Assembly: GCF_018389705.1 (NCBI RefSeq)
Contig: NZ_CP065581.1
Span: 330,001-362,000 of the forward strand
Direction: 5' to 3'
DNA: 32,000 nucleotides
Source: Mycoplasma mycoides subsp. capri
Lineage (GTDB): Bacteria; Bacillota_I; Bacilli_A; Mycoplasmatales; Mycoplasmataceae
Below are positions 18,201 through 29,870 of the stretch, piece by piece (within the stretch, counting starts at the first letter, position 1; each line of letters opens with the position of its first letter). The notes under the pieces were generated by a model, which saw nothing but the letters and a program-made list of their open reading frames with translations, did not search any database and was not told the origin of the DNA. The translations under genes and the position numbers were made by a program.

Positions 18201-19903
18201 TTTTTATATAAATCTGTAATTTCTTTTAAATAAGTAATTTTTAAAATAAATTCTAAATTAATAGTATTAGTATTTGCTAAAACATTAGCTTTGTTAATAT
18301 AGTTTTTAATATTTTCAATTTCAGAATTAAATTTAGTTAGGTTTTCAAAAATTTGAGTCTTTGTTAAAAAGTCAAGATTTGTTTTATTAAATCCATATCA
18401 TAAATTGTTTTTATAATTAAATCCAATAAGTTTATATGATTCATAAAATCTATTAATTAATTGTAAGTATTGTTCAAAATTTTGATTTGTAATTTTATTA
18501 ATATTATTAATTTCAAAATTTAAATCTAAATAATTTTTATATAAATAATATTTATTAATATATCCATAAACATTATCAAACTCAATACTACGTTTTTTTA
18601 AAAGTACGTCTTTATAATTTGAAAAAATCTCTTTTATTTTTTGATAATTAGAAATAAAACTTTCTAGTTTTTGATCATCTAATAAAAATAATTGTGAATT
18701 ATTTGCTGAATTAATTAATTCGTTTAAAATTTCAGATTTATTAATTTTTGAATCGTGAATTGGAATTGCATATTTTTCTAATCCAATTTTTTTTAAATTA
18801 TTATAAACAACTTGTAAAGCTGCGTTTTTTTCAGCAACAAATAAGATTTTTTTATTTCTTGAAATTAATTCAGTAATAATGTTTGTAATAGTTTGAGATT
18901 TACCAGTTCCAGGAGGACCTTGTAAAACAAAACTTTTTCCTAAAATAGCGTTTTGAATAGCTATTTCTTGAGATGAGTCAGCATCTAAAATTTTATATTG
19001 CTCTAAAATATTTATTTTAGTATCAATATTTTGTTCATTAATAGTTGAAATATCATTATCTAAATTATTAGTTTGATCAACAATTTTTTTAAAAAAATCA
19101 CTTTCTATAATGCTATTAATATTTGCTTCTATATCTTTATAAATATTAATTCTTGAAAAGTCAAAATTAGCTAAATAAATATCATCAATAATTTCTCATC
19201 TCTGATCAATAACTTGGTTTAGAATTTTTTGAGAATAAGTTTTATAGATGTTTATTAAATCATCTTTATTTAAATCTAGTTCAGCATCAATATCAAAATC
19301 ATTTTTTAATTTTTTAACTAAAGCTTCGTTTTGAATAAAGTTTTCAGCTTTTTTAATATGAATAGATCAAGTATTTAAATTCTTTTTTAATTCAATTGGT
19401 AGTAATAATAAAGGAGCATATCTAATTTCATTACTATCATTTGTTTCATATCATTTTAAAAATCCAAAAGCTAAGTATAAAACATCAATTGAGTATTCAT
19501 CTTTTCAAGTTTTACTAATTTTATAAATTTTTTTTAGTGTTAAATCTAAAATATCTTTTGATTCAAAATAACCAAATTGAGTATAAATTTTAGTTTTATA
19601 AAAAGAATTATTTTTATTAATTTCTCCTAAATTATGAGAATAAAATACTTGGTTTTTTAATTGGTCTGTTTTATATAAACCTAGCATTTTATAATTACTT
19701 ATTTCATAAATTTCTTTAGAACTTGTATCAAGACTTTTTAAAAAATCTAATAAATTAGGATAGATTATTTGAATTTTTGATGAAATAGTTTTAGTAGTTT
19801 TAATATTGAAATTTAAAGACTTATTTTTCATTCCTAAATCTAATAATTTATGTTTTCAATTATTAATATTTTTAATTAATATTTCTCTTTTGTCTTGATC
19901 CAT
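15224..19903 (-). CDS. giant SF1 (Upf1/DNA2-like, COG1112-type) helicase with a DUF4011-like N-terminus, a Vsr/DUF559-type endonuclease domain and a DUF3320-like C-terminus (1559 aa)
   Basis: RBS aggag precedes ATG 19903. Track ORFs 19505..19831 and 16835..17890 and the TAA at 15224-15226 are all in one frame; I hand-checked 17891-18001 and read the rest by eye, seeing only TGA interruptions. Motifs: YLAFGFLKW...APLLLLPIEL (DUF4011-like), GPPGTGKSQT (Walker A), VIFDEASQ, VGDKEQMPP, TVQGDERDFIIF, RLNVAISRAKRGMIVV. The nuclease block is KIDLAVVDP...LLAIECDGSAFNLAKSTRDRDRLYQQVLESRGWAFHRIWSTDW. Confidence 0.85.
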
Positions 19904-20174
19904 AATATATCTCCTAGTAGTGTTCTTATTTTATTTTATATGATTGAAAAACATTTAATAAAAGAGACAATTTAAAATAAAAAAATCATAATATTTATTA
20001 ATTTAATTTAAAAAAATACTAAAAACAACAATAATTACCAATATATAAAATTATTACTAGTTTTCTATTACTAGATATTAAAAAAAGTGAAATAATTAAT
20101 AATATAACAATTGAACTTTAATTTATTATATCCAATTGCTTACTTCTGATTTTCATAAAAAAAGGAGGTTTTTT

Positions 20175-21953
20175 ATGAGTAGTACGATTAATGAAAAACA
20201 GCAAAGAGCAAGAAAATTATTTGGTGAAACACCTATTTCAAAAGCAATATGAATAGTTGCTATTCCTAGTTTATTAGCTTCATTAATGGTTGGGCTATAT
20301 TCTTTTATAGATCAAATTTTTATACTACAATTTGTACCTAAATATAGTAATGTTTTTGGTAATATGAATAGTGAAATAATGAAATATTTAGATCTTAGTC
20401 TTCATAATCTAACAACTAATGATCTATTTAAAAGTTATAATGAAATGCTTGATGCTTATAATCAACAAGCAGGCATGTTAAATGCTTCAAAATTAACTGT
20501 AATAAATTCAAACACTATTGTTTCAATTTCAACTGCTTCATTTGCTCCATTAACTATTTTTTCAAATGCTATTGTTTATTTAGTTCCAGTTGGATCTTCA
20601 ATTTACTATACAAAATGTATTGGTAAAAGATTAGAAAAAACAGGAAAAAACCTGTGAGCAACAATGTTTTGAGTATGTATAATGCTTTCGATTTTTTCTT
20701 CATTTTTATCTTTTATAGCAATATGATCTGGTTTAATAGATAAAATTGCAGGAGTTACTCAAATTGATCCAAATATTGCAAGTAGAGCAAATATTGATGT
20801 TTTAAGATTACAAGATTTTTATAATGCAGCTCACAAATTAAGTGTTCAATGAGCAAAACAATATGTTTATATTTATGCTAGTGCAACTATTTTAAATTCT
20901 TTAACTCTTTATTTATCATATTTTATTCGTTCAGAAGGTTATAACACATATGTAATGTTTTGTGCTATTGTAGCTAATCTTATAAATATTGGTTTAGATG
21001 CTTTATTTATTATAGTTTTTAAAATGGGAGTACTTGGTGGAGTTGTTGCAACAGTTATTGGTTGAGTATTTAATACATTTGCATATATTATTTATATAGT
21101 TATAAAAGATCATAAACAAAAAACGTGACTTTCTATTAAAAGTTTATTTATGTTTAAGTTTAATAAAAAATTATTAGGTCCAATCTTTTTACTTGGTTTA
21201 GGTGGTTTTTTAAGAACATTTGGTATAGGATTTTCATTTCTTGTTATGAATCTACTTATTGCAAATTCACAATTTGCAATGCCTGAATATTTCCAATTTT
21301 ACTGAGCAAAAGGTCAACCAATTGTAACGTTATTTTTAATTACAATTTTTGGAATTAGTGATGGAGCAAGAAGCTTATTTTCATATAATTACACACTAAG
21401 AAAATTTGATAGATGTAAAGAAGTTTATTTATGAACAATGATTATTGCTTTATTATATTCAATAATTGTTTATATTTTTGTTAGTCTTACTGCAAATAAT
21501 ATATGAGTATGAATTTTAAATGTTGATAGTGATAAAATACAAGGAACTGCAACATTTATTAGAGTTATTTCATTAAGAATTATAGCTGTATCATTAGTTA
21601 TTAATTCACTTCTTGCTTTTCAAGGAGCAAATGATATTGACAAAACTATATTTTCATCTGCTTTTGAAAACTTTATTTCATTTATAATTGTGATTCCAGT
21701 ATCTTATGGTATTGCTTATTTTGTTTATAAAACAAGTGGAAATAAAGAAATTGCTAACTGAATTATAGTTGGAGCTTTTGTGTTTAATTGTTTGTTAGCA
21801 TCACTAGTTTTAATGGTCTTTTCATATTGATTTGTTTTTAAAAAATTAGAAAAAATTGATCAAGCAAAATTAAGTTGAAGTAGAAAAATTGAACACAAAT
21901 TTTTTCAAAGAGCTCAACAAGATGAACTATTACAAGTACAAACGACAAATTAA
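20175..21953 (+). CDS. MATE-family efflux transporter (592 aa)
   Basis: RBS aaaggagg precedes ATG 20175. The N-terminus MSSTINEKQQRARKLFGETPISKAIWIVAIPSLLASLMVGLYSFIDQIFI is the typical MATE start. The frame of track ORF 20286..20657 continues through many TGA codons, with about 12 hydrophobic segments. TAA is at 21951-21953. Confidence 0.8.
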
Positions 21954-21961
21954 TAGTTTTT

Positions 21962-22026
21962 AAAAAGAACACAATACATTGTCTAAAAATTATTTTTAGA
22001 AAATGTTTAAATAGTGTTCTTTTTTA
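21962..22026 (+). terminator. nested hairpin terminator after the MATE gene
   Basis: The outer stem is aaaaagaacac (21962-21972) / gtgttcttttt (22014-22024). The inner stem is tctaaaaat / atttttaga. A T-run follows. Confidence 0.6.
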
Positions 22027-22334
22027 TATGTAAGAAACATTTTAAAAAAAGATAACTTGAAATAAAATTTTATAAATATTTCAATGTTTTTAATAAAAAA
22101 TAAATATTTATAGATGTTCATAAAATCTTTTTATTTTTATGTTACTCTAGATTTGTTTTAAATAAATTATGAAGAAATTAATATATAAAAAAATAAATTT
22201 AATAAACTTTAAAATTATTTAATTTTAACTATTTGTTATTATTAAATAATTTTTTTATTTATTCTACTTATCAAATAGATTAAAAGATTAGTTCTAATAA
22301 TTAGATAAAATTATAAAGTAACATTGGAGGAATT

Positions 22335-23807
22335 ATGTCTAATATAAAATTTAGAATTATTGATAAATATAGGATTGAATTATTAGAAGATGCTAATAGG
22401 GGAGATATTATAGATTTATCAAATGCTTATCAAATAGATTTATCTATTATTACTGATCAAATTAATAAACAAAAAGATCTAGTTTATTTAGAAAAATTAG
22501 AAAAAGAAAAGCAAAACTGAGAGTTGTTAAAAACTACTCAATTAGAAAAAATTAAAAGTGATTTAAAAGAACAAAATGATGAAGAATTTAAAAAAACAAC
22601 TACTTTAATTTCACAACTTCAAATTACTAACAAATCTCTTAGTGAAAAACTAGAAAATAGTAAAAAAGAATTTCAGAAAGAACTAGACAATAATAAAAAA
22701 ATATGAGAGACTAATAGCGATAAAAATATACAAGAAATTAAAAATGAACTTTTAGAAAAAAATAAAAAAGATTTTGAACAACTTATAAGTCAAAAAATTA
22801 AATTAGAATCAGATATTAAATTATTACAAGATCAATTAAATAATCAAAAACAATTAATAGAATTACAATTAGAAAACAAATATAATAAATCATTAAATGA
22901 ACAAAAAACTAATTTAGAAAATAAAATAAAACAATTAGAAAATAATTTAACACAAAACAAACACCAACTTGAAAATAAAGACTTAATATATAAAAACGAA
23001 CTTAATGAACTAACAAATACAAAAGATAATGAAATTAATAAACTTCAAAAAGAACTAGAATTTATTAAAAGAGAAAAATCAACTAAAAATATTAAATTAA
23101 TTGGTGAAGAATTAGAAAACTATTGTTTAAATCAGTTTAATGAAGCATCGATGTTTGCTTTTAAAACTTCAACTTTAATAAAAGATAATGTTGTTATTAA
23201 AAATGAAGATGAATTAAAAGGAACTAAAGGTGATTTTATTTTTAAAGTTTATGCTGAAGAAGAAAAACAAAATTTATTATTAAGTGTAATGTGTGAAATG
23301 AAATCAGAACAATTAAATTCACACAATAAAAAGAAAAATAGTGATCATTATAAAAAACTAGATGATGATAGAAATAAAAAGAATTTAGATTATGCTTTAT
23401 TAGTTAGTGAATTAGAATCTGAAACTAATGATAGTTTAATTTATAGAGTTAATGACTATAAAGACATGTTTGTTATAAGACCGATGTATTTTATTAGTTT
23501 TTTAGGTGTATTAGAAACTATTGCACTAAAATATAAAGATCTTAAGTTAAATAAATTACAACAAGAAATTATGTTTAAAGAAAAACAAGATATTTTAAAT
23601 GAGTTTGAAGAATTTAAAAATAACTTATTAGATAATGCTTTAAAACATATTGATACTAAAGTTAATGAAATTAATAAATCTGCTGAAAATATTAAAAAAG
23701 AAGCTAATAAAATTTTAGAAGCAACTGAACTTGTAATTAATAAGCATTTAAATACAGTTAAAAATAAAATTAATAATTTTAAAATTGAAAAAGTTTTAGA
23801 ATCTTAA
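22335..23807 (+). CDS. DUF2130-like coiled-coil protein with a C-terminal PD-(D/E)xK (RmuC-like) nuclease-fold motif (490 aa)
   Basis: RBS ggagg precedes ATG 22335. Track ORFs 22335..22520, 22524..22706 and 23151..23807 share one frame and are joined by TGA codons. The central ~250 aa is heptad-like and K/E/N/L-rich. The C-terminal region has GTKGDFIFKV...LLLSVMCEMKSE (D...E-x-K). The DUF2130 assignment is from memory of the architecture. Confidence 0.7.
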
Positions 23808-23812
23808 TTAGT

Positions 23813-24262
23813 ATGGTATTAAAAACAAAAATAATTTTAACTAGTGTATTTAGTAGTTTAGCTTTAATTAGTATAAGTGGATTTGTTGGTTATAAAATTG
23901 GATCAACAAATAATGTTGAATATAAAAATAGAAATAAAAGATTGTTAAAAATAGTTGGATTTGATAGATTTAATAGCTCTGATGATTGAATAGATTATAG
24001 AAGAGGTTATAACTATCAAGGTGAGTTTAGAAAAAGAAAAAATGAACTATTATTAATTAAAGACAATATATATAAAATTAATTCTGAAAATTCAATAGTA
24101 ACATTTTTTTATAATAGAGGGAATGAAATTTATAAGTATGTAATTAGTAATATTTCTTATGATGAAAAAGAAATTATTAATTTTCTACTTGAAGGTTCTA
24201 AAAACAATAAAGATATTTTAAATATTCAAGAAGCAATCATTACAAAAACAAAAGTAGAGTAG
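23813..24262 (+). CDS. small N-terminally membrane-anchored protein (149 aa), co-operonic with the DUF2130-like gene
   Basis: ATG 23813 lies 5 nt after the upstream TAA. The protein begins MVLKTKIILTSVFSSLALISISGFVGYKIG (single TM) and continues with a soluble ~115-aa domain. One TGA is read as Trp. TAG is at 24260-24262. Confidence 0.6.
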
Positions 24263-24275
24263 AAATAAAGTAATT

Positions 24276-24349
24276 TTCTACCACCAGTTTTAGTTTTTAT
24301 ACCACTAATCTACCACTAATCTACCACAACCGGTAGAAAAGTGGTAGAA
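24276..24349. promoter_or_regulatory. array of six CTACC(AC) sites at ~11-bp phasing (four direct, two inverted): putative operator
   Basis: ttCTACCAC is at 24278. The variant aTACCAC is at 24299. CTACCAC occurs at 24310 and 24321. Inverted GGTAG is at 24332 and GTGGTAG at 24341. TCTACCAC (24320-24327) and GTGGTAGA (24341-24348) form an 8-bp inverted repeat. The array lies 35-110 nt upstream of the AlbA_2 gene start. Confidence 0.6.
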
Positions 24350-24383
24350 TAACTATGTAATATTTTTTTAATTACTATTTATA

Positions 24384-25811
24384 ATGGAGAGCAACAAAAT
24401 GAATTTTAATCATAGTGGTGAAACTGCAACTGTTGAATATAAAGTTACTTTTGATAAAAAGAATCCTGATAATTTATTACATACTGTGAGTGCTTTTGCA
24501 AACACAAAAGGTGGAAGAATTTTTATTGGTATAAATGATAATAATCAAGTAGTAGGTTTAGAAAATCTGCAAGTTATTTTAGAAGATGTTAGCGAAGCTA
24601 TTAAAACAAAAATTGATCCAAATCCAGAATTTTATTGCGAAATAGAAGAGCATAAAGGATTAAAATTTATTGTTTTAACAATTATGAAAGGCGAAGAAAC
24701 ACCATATCGTTATTTAACTAAAAAAGCTGATGCAGCATACATAAGGTCTGGTAATCAAAGTATAAAAGCAAACGCAAATCAGTTAAGAAATCTAATTTTT
24801 AGAGGAACTAGACAATCATTTGATACATTAAAAACTAAAATAAATTGAAAACAAGCAAGTTTTAAAAGTTTGAATCAAAAACTAAATGGAATTGGTCAAC
24901 AGGTAAAAACTGTTAATCAATTAATTTCTCTTGATTTAGTAAAAGATTATTTTTTAACAAATGCAGGAGCTTTATTAGCTGATAACAAGTTTATAAAATC
25001 TTCAAAAATTCATGCTACAAGATGAAATGGAAATGATAAATTAAATTCTGAAATTTTAACTTTAAATACAAAAGAATTTGAAGGTAGTTTAATAGATATT
25101 TTTCAAAAAGCTGAAAAATTTATAGATGACTATAATTTTGTTATGTGAAAAAAAACTGATCAAAAAAGAATTGATTATCCAAATTATCCATTTTTAGCAA
25201 TTAGAGAAGCTTTAGTTAATGCATTGATTCATCGTGATTATTCTATTGATGGATCACAAATTAATGTTGATATTTATGATAATAGAATTGAAATCATCTC
25301 ACCTGGTGGAATGTTTGATGGAACAAATATTCAAGAAACACCAACATGAGCTGTTGTTTCAAGAAGAAGAAATGAAGCTATAGCTAATATTTTTTGAAGA
25401 ATAAATTATATGGAAAAACGTGGTAGTGGGATAGGTAAAATTATTGATTTATATGCAAGTCAGTCTAATTATTCAAATGCTTTAAAACCAGTTTTTATGT
25501 CTAATGATCAACTATTTAAAGTAATTTTATGAAATTTAAACTATAAAAAAGATGATCCTATTACAGGTGATAAAACAAATACTAATATAGAAACTAAAAC
25601 AATAGAATTGGAAAACAAAGAAGAAAAATCACAAGATCAAATTGTTTTAAATTATATAGAAAGTGTTTTTAGTTTTACAAGAAAAGACATAGAAAAAGTT
25701 GTTAATGTTAAAAGAACTAGAGCAAATCAAATAATAAATAATTTATTAGAAGAAAACAAAGTTGTTAAACAAAATGATGGTAGATCAACTAGATATAAAG
25801 TTAATAAATAA
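24384..25811 (+). CDS. AlbA_2 (Schlafen-like) / HATPase_c_4 / C-terminal wHTH protein: putative transcriptional regulator often annotated 'RecG-like' (475 aa)
   Basis: The N-terminus is ...[47 protein letters not shown] (AlbA_2 signature E(F/Y)K...AFAN..GG.i.iGv.d). The middle is [39 protein letters not shown]...[28 protein letters not shown]. The C-terminus is a wHTH-like [31 protein letters not shown]. Track ORFs 24384.. and 25608..25811 are in the same frame. The start may instead be ATG 24399. Confidence 0.8.
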
Positions 25812-25987
25812 ATATTGTATTTGCTAGGAATTGATTATTTCTTACATTATATTTAAAAAAGTAATTGATTAGAATTTTTATAAATTGAATTAAAATCTTT
25901 ATATTTGTTTTAAGTTTATATGTTTTAGTTATTATTTGTCATTAATTGTATTAGAACAGATTAAAGATGAAAATTAAAAAATTGCAA

Positions 25988-25996
25988 TTGATATAA
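25988..25996 (+). promoter_or_regulatory. candidate extended -10 promoter element for the hsd operon
   Basis: tgaTATAAT (the TGnTATAAT form) lies about 60 nt upstream of the hsdR ATG. No clear -35 is present. This rests on sequence pattern only. Confidence 0.35.
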
Positions 25997-26055
25997 TAAA
26001 GAAAATGTACTATATAGTCTCTTGTTAATTTTAAGAAAAAAGTGAGGCGTTTTTA

Positions 26056-28401
26056 ATGATGAAAAAAAGTGAAATGTCAGAAGAAGATATCAAGATAAAA
26101 TTTATAAATCCAACAATTGAAGAAAAAGGATGAAAAATTGGTGAAAATTATAGAACCGAATATACATTTACTGATGGACAAATTCAGATTTCATCAAATG
26201 GAAAAACTATAAGAGCTAAAAAAAAGAGTGCTGATTACTATCTTTATTATAAGGATATACCATTAGCTATTATTGAGGTTAAAAAAAATACTAAATCACC
26301 TAGTTTTGGTATTCAACAAGCAATTGGATATGCTAAAGCGTTAAATTGTCCTTTTGTTTATTCTACTAATGGCGACAGTTTTATAGAATTTGATAAAACT
26401 ACAGGAAAAGAAATAGAAATAAAGTTAGAAGACTTTCCTACTGTTGATGAATTAATAGATAGATTTAAGCAGGAAGGTAATATAAGTCAAAAAGAATGAG
26501 AGGTATTATCTACTAAGAACTACTATGTTCAAAGTTTTAATGAAGCTAGATATTATCAAAATAATGTAATAAATAAAGTTGTTCAAGAAGTGACTAAAGG
26601 TAAAAAAAGGTTAATGTTTGTTATGGCTACTGGTACAGGAAAAACTTTTGTTGCTTCTCAAATAATTCATAAACTTCTTACAAAAAAAATAAAAAAAAGA
26701 ATTCTTTTTTTAGCAGATAGAAATATCCTAATTGATCAATCTATCGCAGGTGATTTTAGATTTTTACAGAAAAAAATGGTTAAAGTTAATCAAAAATTAT
26801 TGTCTTCAAAAGAAAAAATAAATTCCTATGAAGTGTATTTATCTTTATACCAACAACTACTAGGTCAAAATAAAGAAGAATATTATAAGAAATTTGATAA
26901 GGATTTTTTTGATCTTATTATAATTGATGAAGCGCATAGAGGTTCTGTAAAAGAAGAAAGCAATTGAAGAGACATACTTGAATATTTTGAATCAGCTACA
27001 CAAATAGGAATGACAGCAACACCAAAAGATGATGCTGATGGATCTAATTTTGAATATTTTGGTGAACCAGTATATATTTATTCTTTAAAACAAGGAATTG
27101 AAGATGGTTTTTTAGCCCCTTATACAGTTAAAAGAATTAATTTAGATATAGATCTAACAGGCTATAGACCTAAAAAAAATGAAACAGATATATATGGTAA
27201 TTTAATTGAAGATAAAATATATACTCAAAAAGATTATGATAAAAAATTAGTAATAGATAACAGAACAGAAATTGTTGCAAAATACGTATCTGATTTTTTA
27301 AAAGAAACTAATAACAGATATGAAAAAACAATCTTCTTTTGTCAAGATATAGATCACGCTGAGAGATTAGCACAAGAACTTAAAAATCAAAATAAAGATA
27401 TTGTAAAAAATGAAGATAGATATGTGATGAAAATTACAGGAGATGATCTTGAAGGTAAAGCGCAGCTAGATAATTTTATGGATCCTGACTCAAAATTCCC
27501 TACTTTAGTAACTACTTCAAAATTATTAACAACGGGAGTTAATGTTAAAACTTGTAAATTCATAGTTATTGATTCTAATATCCAATCAATGACAGAATTT
27601 AAACAAATAATAGGTAGAGGTACAAGAATAAGCGAAAAACACAATAAGCAATTTTTTACTATTATTGATTTTAGATCTGTTACAGATAAATTTGCAGATC
27701 CTGATTTTGATGGCAATAGTGCTAATAGTGAATCAATTAGTAAAGATAAAATAGATGTTGATCCAATTGATTATAATGAACCATCAGAATTTGTTTGTGG
27801 TGAACCCACTATTGAGCAAATATCTTTTAGTGAAAAGAAATATAGAATAGATAATGTGGATGTAAATATTATGAACGAACAAATTCAAATTATAGATGAA
27901 AATGGTAAACTAATTACCACTTCTTTAATTGACTATACAAAAAGAACAATTCTAGGAGAATATGCTACACTTAGTGATTTTCTTACTAGATGAAAAAAAG
28001 AAGATAGAAAAAACGTTATTTTAGAAGAACTAGAAAAAAAAGGAATCAATATAGAAGATCTAAGAAAGAAAAATAAAAATTATAAAGATTTAGATGAATT
28101 TGATCTCTTATTACAAATTGCTTACAATAAAGAACCATTAACTAAAAAACAAAGAATTCAAAAGTTTAAAGATAGTGATTTTTTACAAAATTACCAAAAC
28201 AAAACTAAAGAAGTTTTAGAAATTTTAATTGAAAAATATTTAGATGGTGGTATTAAAGAAATTGAAGATATTCAAATTCTTAGAACAAAAGAATTTGAAA
28301 ATATAGGTAGCATAACAGATATTATAAAAATGTTTGGTGGAAAATCACATTATATTAAAGTTGTTAGATCGCTATCAAGACAAATTTATTCAGATTATTA
28401 A
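26056..28401 (+). CDS. hsdR: type I restriction enzyme, R (endonuclease/translocase) subunit (781 aa)
   Basis: ATG 26056 follows gtgagg. The N-terminal nuclease region has EEDIKIKFINPTIEEKGW...ADYYLYY...LAIIEVKK (PD-(D/E)xK). The SF2 motifs are MATGTGKT (Walker A), IIIDEAHRG (DEAH), MTATP, and TTSKLLTTGVNV...QIIGRGTR. Three track ORFs share one frame and are joined by TGA codons. TAA is at 28399-28401. Confidence 0.92.
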
Positions 28402-28415
28402 AGGAGTATAAATAA

Positions 28416-29870
28416 ATGTCAGTAGATGCTTTTATAAGTAGAATAAGAAATATTACAAGACAAGATCAAGGTATTAATGGTGATGCTCAAAGAATCGAAC
28501 AAATGTCATGATTACTTTTTTTAAAAATATATGACAGTAAAGAAAAAATATGAGAAATAGAAGATGATAATTATAAATCTATTATTCCTGATAAATTAAA
28601 ATGAAGAAATTGAGGCACTAGTTCAAATCCACTTACAGGTGATGACTTATTAGATTTTGTTAATAATGATCTTTTAAAAACTTTAAAAGAAATCGAAATT
28701 ACTCCTGATATGCCTTTTAGAAAACAAATTGTTAAGTCTACTTTTGAAGATATTAACAACTATATGAAAAATGGTATTTTGTTAAGACAAGTTATAAATG
28801 TAATTGATGAATTGAATTTTGATAATATTAAAGAAATACATTTATTTAATGACATATATGAAACTATATTAAAAGAAATTCAAAATGCTGGTAGTTCAGG
28901 TGAGTTTTATACTCCAAGAGCATTGACTGATTTTATAACTGAGATATTAGATCCAAAATTAGGTCAAACTATGGCAGATTTAGCATGTGGAACTGGTGGA
29001 TTTTTAACTTCTTTTTTAAATAGAATAAGTGAACAAAAAAAGACTGTTGAAGATATTAAAACATACTCTCAATCGGTTTATGGAATTGAAAAAAAAGGAT
29101 TTCCCTATTTATTAGCTGTTATAAATCTTTTCTTACACGATGTAGATGATCCTAATTTATTGCATGGAAATTCACTAGAAAGAAATGTAAAAGATTATAG
29201 TGAAGATGAAAAATTTGACCTAATAATGATGAATCCTCCTTTTGGTGGTTCTGAACAATCAATAATTCAAAATAATTTTCCAAAAGATTTAAGAAGTGCA
29301 GAAACTGCTGATCTTTTTATGCTAGTTATTATGTATAGATTAAAAATGGGTGGAAAAGCAGCTGTAATACTACCTGATGGATTTTTATTTGGTTCAGGAG
29401 TGCAAAAAAATATTAAGAAAAAACTATTTTCTGAATTCAATGTTCACACAATCATAAGATTGCCAAAATCTATATTTAATCCATACACAAGCATTAATAC
29501 TAATATTATTTTCTTTGATAAAAACGGTTCTACAAAAAGTACTTGATTTTATAGATTAGATATGCCAGAAAATCAAAAAAATTTCTCTAAAACAAAACCG
29601 ATGGAATCAAAACATTTAGATCCTATAAGACAATGATGAAATAATAGAAATGAAATTATAGAAGATACTTTTTATAAATCAAAACAATTCAGTATTAGTG
29701 AAATTGAAGAATTAGAATATAATTTGAACCAATGTGGTTATTTAGAACAATCTGAAGAAGTACTTGAACCAATGGAACTTATCAAACAATATTATGATAA
29801 AAGAAATGAATTAAATAACAAGATTGATAATGTCATATCTGAAATTATAAAAATATTGGAGCAAAAATAA
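28416..29870 (+). CDS. hsdM: type I restriction-modification system, M (N6-adenine DNA methyltransferase) subunit (484 aa)
   Basis: RBS aaaggag precedes ATG 28416. Motifs: GEFYTPR, DLACGTGGFL (AdoMet motif I), NPPFG (motif IV). Track ORF 28710..29546 extends both ways through TGA codons. TAA is at 29868-29870. Confidence 0.92.

Noticed and set aside
20052-20074. Direct repeat tattactag x2 (14-bp spacing) in the divergent helicase/MATE promoter region.
   Set aside because: It is a short AT-rich 9-mer in a very AT-rich spacer, so chance recurrence is plausible. There is no supporting symmetry or conservation.
26682-26711. A8-T-A8 and T7 homopolymers inside hsdR as slipped-strand phase-variation tracts.
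   Set aside because: Runs of 7-8 A/T encoding Lys/Phe are common throughout this AT-rich coding sequence. Without population data nothing distinguishes these from background.
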